Origin: a virus
Length of the DNA: 64,000 nucleotides
Reading direction: 5' to 3' (one strand)
IMG/VR virus record: IMGVR_UViG_3300045988_103535
Made by a program: the position numbers and the translations under genes. Below are positions 56,699-64,000 of the stretch, piece by piece. Under the pieces are notes generated by a model. The model searched no databases. It was not told the origin of the DNA and worked only from the letters and a program-made list of their open reading frames with translations. Numbering within the stretch: the stretch's first letter is position 1; each line of letters opens with the position of its first letter.

Positions 56699-56973
56699 TG
56701 AATACATCAAAATTAGTTGATTTATCAGTTGAAGACAGAACAGAATATATTTCAGATATGTGCGTACTTGCACAACATATACAAGATTTAACTCTTAAAT
56801 TGCAAATTAAAATAAGCACAGTTAAACAATACATGGAAGAAGAAGGTGTTGATAAAATATTTACTGAGTGCGGAACTATACTATATATGGCTTATGACAA
56901 AGATTTACTAAATAAAGATAAAACACTTCTAATCAAAATAAATGATATGCAAAAAGACGAAAATATATTATAG
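56698..56973 (+). CDS. Hypothetical protein
   Basis: ORF with RBS. Confidence 0.55.
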   Translation: MNTSKLVDLSVEDRTEYISDMCVLAQHIQDLTLKLQIKISTVKQYMEEEGVDKIFTECGTILYMAYDKDLLNKDKTLLIKINDMQKDENIL

Positions 56974-57004
56974 AATGCAAATTAAAGGCATGGAGGATTA
57001 ATTT

Positions 57005-57337
57005 ATGAAAAAAGAGTTATACAATTCAATAATATCACAAATGAGTAAAACATATGAAGCTAAAAATGTTGACTATGGAGACTCAGTTGGCGACACATAT
57101 AATAAATTCGGAGATGTATCATTCTTAACTAGAATTACTGACAAATACAATAGAATATTATCATTGTCAAATAAAGGCGAATGTGGAGAAGTAAAAGACG
57201 AGAAATTAGACGATACAATATTAGACTTAGCTAATTATTGTGTTCTATGGTTAGTTGAGAGAGAATATAAATCAACTCCAAAATCTGAAACTTTAGCTGG
57301 ACTGACTAAAACATTTTTAAAAAGTTCTTATAAATAA
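57005..57337 (+). CDS. DUF1599/nucleotide-modification-associated (MazG-like) protein
   Basis: YEAKNVDYGDSVGDTYNKFGDVSFLTRITDKYNRILSLSNKG...EKLDDTILDLANYCVLWLVE. Confidence 0.8.
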   Translation: MKKELYNSIISQMSKTYEAKNVDYGDSVGDTYNKFGDVSFLTRITDKYNRILSLSNKGECGEVKDEKLDDTILDLANYCVLWLVEREYKSTPKSETLAGLTKTFLKSSYK

Positions 57338-57369
57338 GTTAACATAAATTATATAAAAAAGTATATAAT
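57338..57369 (+). promoter_or_regulatory. Promoter, GTTAACA family
   Basis: gTTAACA-N17-TATATAAT. Confidence 0.65.
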
Positions 57370-57406
57370 ATATACAAATAAAAAATAAAACCTAGGAGGT
57401 AACAAA

Positions 57407-57814
57407 ATGATAGAAGTTAAAGAATTAGAATTAACTCAAGACCAATGCGAGGAAATAATAGGAGCCGCAGAAAACAAAGTAGATGAAATATTAAAAGGTG
57501 GTATAGACGAAGTATTAGCAAAAACATTATTTATTTCACCAAAACAAAGAACAGCTTATTTACACGATAAAGCATTAGAACAAATGCAAATAAATGTATT
57601 CTTAAAAACTTTAAAAGTTCATGATGCAATAACAGATATATGTGAGTTAGAAAATGAATATAGTGTAATAACTGAAGGCGAACAAGCACAATATGCAATA
57701 GATAGATATAATAGATATGTAGATTTACACAATGACTATGTTTGTCAAATATTAGTAGAATTAGCACTTGATATATTAGATGAAGACGAAATACAAGAAA
57801 TTTTACAAAAATAA
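57407..57814 (+). CDS. Acidic hypothetical protein
   Basis: RBS, ORF. Confidence 0.55.
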   Translation: MIEVKELELTQDQCEEIIGAAENKVDEILKGGIDEVLAKTLFISPKQRTAYLHDKALEQMQINVFLKTLKVHDAITDICELENEYSVITEGEQAQYAIDRYNRYVDLHNDYVCQILVELALDILDEDEIQEILQK

Positions 57815-57894
57815 GTATAAATTTTAAATCACAAAATGACTTAGAGGCGGTCAATAAATGCCTCTTTTAATATATTATAAAAGGAGTGAACGTA

Positions 57895-58431
57895 ATGAAT
57901 AAATCATTAATAGCAATTTTAGCAGGTGTGGCAATATCAATAACAGGTTGTACAAATGCAGGAGAATCAACTGTAAGTGATTATGAACAAGGCGGTTATT
58001 TTAAAGAAGAACAACAGATAGAACAACAAAAAGAAGTTGAGAAACCAAAAGCAAATACTAATACAACTCAACATACAAAAATAAACGACAAGCAACAGAC
58101 AGAAAGCAAACATAACAGTAATAGAGTAAATAATCAACAACAAAATAAAAAATCTACAAAAGGCGTAGACAAAGTTAAACGTAATTCAGAAAGTTCAGAA
58201 GAACCTAAACATAATAATCAATCAACACAAGAGAATACTCAACAAAATACACAACAAGAAGCAACAGATACAACTTGTACAATATGCGGACGTCCAATAT
58301 ACAATGGCGACGACATTGTTGAGCGAGATGATTTTCCAGTAGACGATGGCACAGGACATTATATATATGGAGCATTTATAGCTCATAGAGAATGCTATGA
58401 ACGTGAATTTGCGAATGGTTATCGTCCATAA
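57895..58431 (+). CDS. Putative phage-encoded lipoprotein with C-terminal zinc-binding-like domain
   Basis: MNKSLIAILAGVAISITGC lipobox, Q/N/K-rich linker, CTICGRPIYNGDDIVERDDF...AHRECYEREF; supplied start is an upstream GTG. Confidence 0.65.
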   Translation: MNKSLIAILAGVAISITGCTNAGESTVSDYEQGGYFKEEQQIEQQKEVEKPKANTNTTQHTKINDKQQTESKHNSNRVNNQQQNKKSTKGVDKVKRNSESSEEPKHNNQSTQENTQQNTQQEATDTTCTICGRPIYNGDDIVERDDFPVDDGTGHYIYGAFIAHRECYEREFANGYRP

Positions 58432-58442
58432 ATTATATTAAA

Positions 58443-58472
58443 TACTCCCTTTAATAGGGAGTATTTTTTTTA
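58443..58472 (+). terminator. Stem-loop terminator
   Basis: TACTCCCTttaatAGGGAGTATTTTTTTT. Confidence 0.85.
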
Positions 58473-58506
58473 TTTAACAATTGTTAAATAAATTTATGCA
58501 AAACAC

Positions 58507-58535
58507 TTGACTTATTACATACAAAAGTATATAAT
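58507..58535 (+). promoter_or_regulatory. Strong sigma70-like promoter
   Basis: TTGACT-N17-TATAAT. Confidence 0.8.
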
Positions 58536-58573
58536 ATAAGTATAATAAGAAATAAGGAAAGAGGTTAAGGAAA

Positions 58574-58945
58574 ATGAAAAAACAAATAGTATTAGAAGGT
58601 TTAAACAAAAAAGAAATAAGAAAACAAATGCATAACTTAGAAGAAAAAGGAATATACTTTGGAAAATGTATAGCAACAGCAGAACAAGATGGAATAATAA
58701 CAATGACATTTAGAGTGGAAAATCAATTTATGGATACAGAAGAATACAACAAATTAGTAGAAGTAGAACATGACCCAAGAATAACAACAGGCGCAAGAGT
58801 AAGAGTTAAAACAACTGGAGAAGAATTTACATTAGCTAGATTATATGAATACTCAAGAAGTCATAAAGTCGTTTATTGTACATCAGACGGAAGAAAATGG
58901 ACTCCAAATACAGTATATAAAAGATGTGAATATATAGGTCAATAA
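58574..58945 (+). CDS. Hypothetical protein
   Basis: RBS-preceded ORF behind strong promoter. Confidence 0.6.
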   Translation: MKKQIVLEGLNKKEIRKQMHNLEEKGIYFGKCIATAEQDGIITMTFRVENQFMDTEEYNKLVEVEHDPRITTGARVRVKTTGEEFTLARLYEYSRSHKVVYCTSDGRKWTPNTVYKRCEYIGQ

Positions 58946-59010
58946 AATAAGTTAGGGTTTGAGGTTATCCCTAAAACCTCTAATATAAAAATAAAGGGGG
59001 ATATATAAAA

Positions 59011-60036
59011 ATGAAAAAAGAAATTAAATTAACTCAAAAACAAGAACAAGTAATAAATAGCTTAAATGAAATGTTAGCAAAAACAGAATATGAAGTACAA
59101 CCTGTATCAGACACATATACTTATATGACAGCAGTTGCGAAGATAGTTTCTCACAGATGGTTCGATAGAACTTTTAAAGCATTAATAGAAAAAGGGTTAG
59201 TAGAAAAAGTTGATGCAGTAATAGAAATAACAAAAGGCGTACACGCTGGAAAAACAATAAAAACATATGGATATATTTTAACAGATTTAGGTTTTGAATA
59301 TTTAGGTATAGATAACCCAAATAAAACTGAGGAACAAAACCTACAAAATAATAATGAGTTAGTAGAAAGCTTATTTAAGTTACAACCTGTAGTTGATACA
59401 CCTGCAGAAACTGAATTAAGTCAGTATAAAAATAAACCTGAATATTCAATATATCCCGAAAATATAAACAGTCTTGATAAAGTTAAAGAGGTCGTAGGTA
59501 TAGTATTAAATGATGTATTATCAAAGAAACATCAACAACTATTACTAGACGAAATACATGATGGATATTTTAAAGTAACATTCAATTCTAGACTTAGAAC
59601 TTCATTAGGTAGATGTTGTGAGACTGCTAGATATGGAAAACGCCATATAAGATGTATTGAATTTAGTTCAAATTATATAAAATATGAACCTGACAATAAT
59701 TTAAAAATAGATACTATAATACATGAAATATGTCATGCGGTAACAGATTTAGAAACTGAAGAATCTAATATGCATGGACCTAAATGGCAAGCTAATTGTA
59801 TCAAATATGGGTGTAGTCCAACAACCAGGGATAAAATAGTACATTATAAAGAGGTAATGTGGAAAAAAGGTCTTATATCTCATAGACTTGTATGTGTAGA
59901 CTGCGATAAAGTAATCCAGTATGTAAACAATCCAAGTAAAAGTTATATATACAACGTATTACATCATTACTATTATCATAAACAATGCGGTGGACATCGT
60001 TTAATATTAGAAACAAATCCAGTTAACAATAAATAG
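59011..60036 (+). CDS. Winged-helix plus SprT-like zinc metalloprotease-domain protein
   Basis: IDTIIHEICHAVTDLET...HGPKWQANCIKYG...CVDCDKVIQY...HKQCGG; N-terminal KALIEKGLVEK...GYILTDLGFEYL. Confidence 0.75.
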   Translation: MKKEIKLTQKQEQVINSLNEMLAKTEYEVQPVSDTYTYMTAVAKIVSHRWFDRTFKALIEKGLVEKVDAVIEITKGVHAGKTIKTYGYILTDLGFEYLGIDNPNKTEEQNLQNNNELVESLFKLQPVVDTPAETELSQYKNKPEYSIYPENINSLDKVKEVVGIVLNDVLSKKHQQLLLDEIHDGYFKVTFNSRLRTSLGRCCETARYGKRHIRCIEFSSNYIKYEPDNNLKIDTIIHEICHAVTDLETEESNMHGPKWQANCIKYGCSPTTRDKIVHYKEVMWKKGLISHRLVCVDCDKVIQYVNNPSKSYIYNVLHHYYYHKQCGGHRLILETNPVNNK

Positions 60037-60053
60037 TAAAAATTGTATATAAT
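60022..60053 (+). promoter_or_regulatory. Promoter, GTTAACA family
   Basis: gTTAACA-N17-TATATAAT. Confidence 0.65.
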
Positions 60054-60122
60054 ATATAAGTTGCTACTGAGTTTCAACTATAAATAGAACTCAACAGAAT
60101 ATATAATTAGGGGTGAATAGAT

Positions 60123-60446
60123 ATGGCATATAACATTGAAGGAATACCTTTTTATATTATTTCTCAAAACAAAAGAATATCAAGAGAAATAACAAGTAAA
60201 TATCAAGTTTATGGCGAGCTAATAAATTTAGGTTGTATATTTACAACTCCACAGCGTAATAAAATAGATAATTGTCTTACACAAAACATCATTCTAAAAG
60301 TGTTAGGTGTACATGATACAAAAGAGATACAAACTTGTAAATATATCTATAATGCACATGAAATACTGCCATTAAGAATAGTACTTAAAAAAGACATCGG
60401 AGAAATAGACCCAAGAATATTATTAGACTCAAATAAGGAGGTGTAA
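60123..60446 (+). CDS. Hypothetical protein
   Basis: ORF with RBS (aggggtg). Confidence 0.55.
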   Translation: MAYNIEGIPFYIISQNKRISREITSKYQVYGELINLGCIFTTPQRNKIDNCLTQNIILKVLGVHDTKEIQTCKYIYNAHEILPLRIVLKKDIGEIDPRILLDSNKEV

Positions 60447-60531
60447 TTATGAATAATATAACATTACTTAGAATAATAGCAACAATAAACCCAACAATGA
60501 CATTTGGTGAATTATTAGAAGGGTTAAAAAG

Positions 60532-60621
60532 ATGTTAGTTGTAATAGCAGTATTAATAGTACTGTTAGTATTAGAAGTTATTATAGAAATAAAATATTTT
60601 AAGGAGGACAAATATGAGTAG
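60532..60621 (+). CDS. Possible 29-aa membrane micro-protein
   Basis: MLVVIAVLIVLLVLEVIIEIKYFKEDKYE, overlaps downstream start. Confidence 0.35.
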   Translation: MLVVIAVLIVLLVLEVIIEIKYFKEDKYE

Positions 60622-60805
60622 AAGAAGAATATCAAACATCAGACAGGTAGATAGATTAGGTAGAATTTGTATACCTAAAGATATAAGAACTATGTTAGGT
60701 GTTACTGAAGAAACACTATTTACAGTAACCTATGATGTAGAAGAAAAAGAAATACGAGTTATTCCATTATCAGATGAAGTTTGCGAACAATTAAATATAA
60801 AATAA
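60614..60805 (+). CDS. AbrB/MazE-like (SpoVT-type) DNA-binding protein
   Basis: RRRISNIRQVDRLGRICIPKDIRTMLGVTEETLFTVTYD. Confidence 0.8.
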   Translation: MSRRRISNIRQVDRLGRICIPKDIRTMLGVTEETLFTVTYDVEEKEIRVIPLSDEVCEQLNIK

Positions 60806-60829
60806 TACAAGTAAAAGGCGGTAGGTACA

Positions 60830-61093
60830 ATGAAAAAAATGTTATTTTTAGAAGCTATAGAATTCGAAAGATGTCCTAATGTAATAGAAAGTTCAACATT
60901 AGCAGATTACGTTATCAATTATTTAGACGTATTTGAAAATACACAATTAAACGAAAGTCAATTCAAACTATTAGTAGCAAGCTTAGAACGTAAAGGGTTA
61001 ATCAAATTAGATAGAACTGCACCTGATTATAAATATTGGAGAATAGGTTTAACACAAGATGGACAAAACGTGCTAGACAGTATTCGTAAATAA
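60830..61093 (+). CDS. Winged-helix-like small protein
   Basis: NESQFKLLVASLERKGLIKLDRT...WRIGLTQDGQNVLDSI. Confidence 0.55.
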   Translation: MKKMLFLEAIEFERCPNVIESSTLADYVINYLDVFENTQLNESQFKLLVASLERKGLIKLDRTAPDYKYWRIGLTQDGQNVLDSIRK

Positions 61094-61171
61094 TATAATA
61101 TAAAAACTCATACAAAGGAACAAAACCTTTGTATGAGGCGCATAGAAGGTTATTTAATATAATATAAGGAG

Positions 61172-61414
61172 GTGGTATATATGAAATATATGCAAAGAGT
61201 AGAAGTTGGAAAAGATACTTATGTATACCCAAAATATCCAATAGAACTTAATACAGAAGGCCATATGTATTTAGGTTGTTCACAAGTTAATTGCAAGCAT
61301 ATAAATAATTGTAATAAATGTATGCTAAACTTTGCTAGACGTAATCAATTACAAATTAAGACATTGCTAATACAAAACTATGACCAAGCTAAACACAGAT
61401 GGCAATATATTTAA
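61172..61414 (+). CDS. Small Cys-rich protein (paralogue 1)
   Basis: HMYLGCSQVNCKHINNCNKCMLNFARRNQLQ. Confidence 0.6.
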   Translation: MVYMKYMQRVEVGKDTYVYPKYPIELNTEGHMYLGCSQVNCKHINNCNKCMLNFARRNQLQIKTLLIQNYDQAKHRWQYI

Positions 61415-61426
61415 GGAGTTGATTAT

Positions 61427-61627
61427 ATGATTATAAATCTTCAAGGCGAATGGGCAATAGTATACCCAGACAAATTATGGGGTGAAAATACAATATGTTG
61501 TGCAGATGTATTATGTGAATATAACAATAATATAGAATGTAAACATTGTATTTTAAGATTGGCGGTAAGGTCATTACCACAATTAGTTTCAGAAGGTGTT
61601 ATTAAATTTTTAGATAGGGAGGAATAA
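61427..61627 (+). CDS. Small Cys-rich protein (paralogue 2)
   Basis: NTICCADVLCEYNNNIECKHCILRLAVRSLPQL. Confidence 0.6.
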   Translation: MIINLQGEWAIVYPDKLWGENTICCADVLCEYNNNIECKHCILRLAVRSLPQLVSEGVIKFLDREE

Positions 61628-61632
61628 AAAGT

Positions 61633-61878
61633 ATGTATAAAGGAAAATTATTTAAAGAAGGACAAGAAGTACGAATAGTACCAGTTGAGGAATTAGTAAG
61701 ATTAAGAGATGATGTAGATATCGTATGTGAAATGTTTAAATACGGAGGATATAAAACTAAAATAGCAAGAGTAGTACCTGAAAAAGAATGGTGGCATCCA
61801 GATATACCTGAATATGAGTTAGAGGTAGATAATAAATTTTGGACATGGTATACTGAACTATTAGAACCAATAGAATAA
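61633..61878 (+). CDS. Hypothetical protein
   Basis: ORF with RBS-like sequence. Confidence 0.5.
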   Translation: MYKGKLFKEGQEVRIVPVEELVRLRDDVDIVCEMFKYGGYKTKIARVVPEKEWWHPDIPEYELEVDNKFWTWYTELLEPIE

Positions 61879-61896
61879 TATAGGGGTTTAATTTAA

Positions 61897-62679
61897 ATGA
61901 ATAATAATGAGAAATATAAATTATATAATGGTGACTGCTTGGCAGTTATGGATAAACTAATTGAACAGGGAGTAAAGGTGGACGCAGTAATATGCGACCC
62001 ACCTTACGGAACTACTGCTTGTAAATGGGATTCAGTTATACCTTTAGATGAAATGTGGGAAAGATTAAATAAATTAATAAAAGATAATGGCGCTATATGT
62101 TTATTTGGGAATGAACCCTTTACTAGCAAATTAATATGTAGCAATTTAAATAGCTTTAAATATAGATGGGATTGGAATAAAAAAATCCCAAGTGGTATGG
62201 GATATGCAAAATATAGACCAATGCAACAAACTGAAGACATATGTGTATTTACTAAAAATGGAGAAAAAACAATATATAATCCACAGATGATTAAAAGAAA
62301 AAAACCTATAAAAAGTGGAGGCAACACTATTCAAGCAGGTGTTTATAGTGGTTTTAAATGTATGGGCGAAGGAAAAGAGTATAAAAAGACATATGAATAT
62401 AAAAACCCAACTACATTAATCGAATTTGATAAGATAAGAAAAGGAAGTGTGCATCCAACTCAAAAACCAGTAGATTTATTAGAATATTTAATTAAAACAT
62501 ATACAAATGAAAATGATTTAGTATTAGATTTTACTATGGGCAGCGGTAGTACAGGAGTTGCTTGCTTAAACACTACTAGAAAATTTATTGGCATAGAAAT
62601 AGATGAAAAATACTTTAATATTGCTAAAGATAGAATGAAAGCTGCTGCATTAGGTAATAAACAGAAGAAACTATTTTAA
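61897..62679 (+). CDS. DNA methyltransferase (N6-adenine/N4-cytosine type)
   Basis: VDAVICDPPYGTTACKWDSVIPLDEMW; HPTQKPVDLLEYLIKTYTNENDLVLDFTMGSGSTGVACLNTTRKFIGIEIDEKYF. Confidence 0.92.
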   Translation: MNNNEKYKLYNGDCLAVMDKLIEQGVKVDAVICDPPYGTTACKWDSVIPLDEMWERLNKLIKDNGAICLFGNEPFTSKLICSNLNSFKYRWDWNKKIPSGMGYAKYRPMQQTEDICVFTKNGEKTIYNPQMIKRKKPIKSGGNTIQAGVYSGFKCMGEGKEYKKTYEYKNPTTLIEFDKIRKGSVHPTQKPVDLLEYLIKTYTNENDLVLDFTMGSGSTGVACLNTTRKFIGIEIDEKYFNIAKDRMKAAALGNKQKKLF

Positions 62680-62687
62680 GTAAATAC

Positions 62688-62723
62688 AAAGAGTAGATAG
62701 AGAAATATCTACTCTTTTTTATT
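62688..62723 (+). terminator. Stem-loop terminator
   Basis: AAAGAGTAGATAgagaaaTATCTACTCTTTTTT. Confidence 0.85.
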
Positions 62724-62813
62724 GTATAAATGTACTCAAAAAGTTTGGCGGGTGTGGGTGAAATGTATAGTCTAAATATAAAAAGTATATATACAACAAA
62801 TACCTATATAACT

Positions 62814-62863
62814 ATTAACAATCCAATAACAAAGCATTAACAAACATAACACATAAATAAACA
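62814..62863 (+). repeat. Phased short direct repeats (WNTAACA), about 11-bp period
   Basis: ATTAACA 62814, AATAACA 62825, ATTAACA 62836, CATAACA 62845, ATAAACA 62857. Confidence 0.5.
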
Positions 62864-62916
62864 AACCCGCATAACTGGAGTATAATATAATTAAAACGGA
62901 GAGGAGCTATTAGCTA

Positions 62917-63228
62917 ATGTCTAGAATAGTAAAAGAATTAAAACCATTGGTAATACTATATTCAAGTAAAGAAGAACGATATATAGTTTATAATACCAGT
63001 AAAGAATGGAGTAAAGGACATACGCATATTAAGACATTAAAACAAGCTGAATACTTATGTGATTGCATTAGAAAAAACAAAGTGCCGACCAATGTTAACA
63101 AGTATTTCATCATTAGTTTGCTTAGATTAAGTAATGATGAGAAGTATTCGAACAAATTGGAGTCTAAATTACATAGTTTTCAAGGCTCAAAAGGGTACAG
63201 AAATACCCCTCAGAATGTAAGGAAATAA
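62917..63228 (+). CDS. Hypothetical protein
   Basis: RBS (ggagaggagc). Confidence 0.55.
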   Translation: MSRIVKELKPLVILYSSKEERYIVYNTSKEWSKGHTHIKTLKQAEYLCDCIRKNKVPTNVNKYFIISLLRLSNDEKYSNKLESKLHSFQGSKGYRNTPQNVRK

Positions 63229-63239
63229 AGCAAAACATA

Positions 63240-63322
63240 CGATTTTATTTAATAAATTAACTGCGGTGTCAAAAAACCGCCGGCAAAACACTTTTAACGG
63301 TTTATTTATTAAAGTAAAATCG
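63240..63322. repeat. Imperfect inverted repeat around GC-rich core upstream of small terminase
   Basis: CGATTTTATTTAATAAATTAA ... TTTATTTATTAAAGTAAAATCG; core GCGGTgtcaaaaaACCGC. Confidence 0.5.
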
Positions 63323-63347
63323 AAATAAACTTAAAAGGAGGTCAAAA

Positions 63348-63971
63348 ATGACAACAAAGAAAAGCAACTGGAACAGTATATGTAATGTAAATGGAGTTAA
63401 AATGTCAGTAACTCAAAGAAACAAAATAATAAAGAATAAATATATTTATGAAGATGTGAGTTTGCAAGATTTAGCAAAAGAATTTAACATTAGTTATCAA
63501 ACAGTTAGATGCTTATCTAGTAAAGAGAAATGGAAGGAAGAAAAAGAAAAAATAATAGCCACATTAAAAGACGACATCGACAAACAAACCTATGATGTAT
63601 ATTTAGAGGCAGGGGTCGATATTAATTTACAATACCATGCGCTATGGCAAGAGTTGTATAATAAAGCAACTTATATGTTAGAGACTGGAGAAGGAATTAC
63701 AAAAGGAGGTCAATATGATGTTTATAAATTAAATCAATTAGCCGACATCATAACTAAAGCACAACAAGGTCAACAATTTACTTCAGGATTACTTAGCAAA
63801 GAAGTTCAAATAGACATAGACATGAAAAAACAAAAACTTGAAATCGACAAAGGTAAATATGAATTACAGAAAAAACTATTAGGAGAAGATGATAGCATGA
63901 CTGTCGACACAACTGGCTTAATGAAAGCATTAGGATTTGCGGCAGTTAACGCAGGAATAGGTGATGAATAA
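63348..63971 (+). CDS. Terminase small subunit
   Basis: YEDVSLQDLAKEFNISYQTVRCLSSKEKWKEE N-terminal HTH; YKLNQLADIITKAQQG. Confidence 0.85.
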   Translation: MTTKKSNWNSICNVNGVKMSVTQRNKIIKNKYIYEDVSLQDLAKEFNISYQTVRCLSSKEKWKEEKEKIIATLKDDIDKQTYDVYLEAGVDINLQYHALWQELYNKATYMLETGEGITKGGQYDVYKLNQLADIITKAQQGQQFTSGLLSKEVQIDIDMKKQKLEIDKGKYELQKKLLGEDDSMTVDTTGLMKALGFAAVNAGIGDE

Positions 63972-64000
63972 TGCTTAGATTAAAAGATAGAGTTGTGCCA
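63971..64000 (+). CDS. Start of next gene, probably terminase large subunit (truncated)
   Basis: ATG overlapping upstream stop, MLRLKDRVVP; inferred from synteny only. Confidence 0.45.
   Translation, partial: MLRLKDRVVP

Noticed and set aside
60064-60105. Imperfect hairpin in the leader before 60123 as a regulatory RNA
   Set aside because: Stem GAGTTTC/GAACTC is short and imperfect, with no terminator or SD-pairing; insufficient support.

Overview
The window is almost one complete tailed-phage genome (AT-rich, siphovirus-type long non-contractile tail, Gram-positive/Firmicutes-type host inferred from the LLH-like holin, amidase and BppU-like baseplate genes). Every convincing gene is on the + strand. 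Order: portal C-terminus (cut by the left edge), MuF-like protein with HExxH domain, scaffold, decoration, major capsid, connectors, tail tube, tail chaperones, tape measure, Dit/Tal-like proteins including a 1450-aa multi-enzyme protein, collagen-like fibre, BppU-like protein, holin, amidase; then SNF2-like helicase, BRO-N, helicase loader, DnaB, primase, sigma-like factor, RNR with an intein, SSB-like, PolA, a putative queuosine-precursor/7-deazaguanine DNA modification cassette (acyltransferase-like, radical SAM, QueT-like transporter, DpdA-like), sliding clamp, Cas4/RecB-like, RecU-like, dUTPase, RecA, sigma factor, HD hydrolase, three clamp-loader proteins, ThyX, SprT-like, DNA methyltransferase, small terminase, and the first codons of the next gene (probably large terminase). 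Terminase at the right edge and portal at the left edge imply a circularly permuted or circularised assembly slightly longer than 64 kb. The strongest finds are: (1) a salvage-only 7-deazaguanine DNA modification cassette whose first gene has a ~60-nt leader able to fold into an SD-sequestering pseudoknot (possible preQ1-type riboswitch); (2) a repeated phage promoter family GTTAACA-N17-TATATAAY, at least 13 copies; (3) several promoter/terminator-bounded short non-coding intervals that look like phage small RNAs, two with anti-SD-like pyrimidine tracts; (4) an HNH intein exactly at the NPC|AEE active-site motif of RNR; (5) an imperfect palindrome and phased repeats next to the small terminase. 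No integrase, CRISPR array or convincing tRNA was seen.
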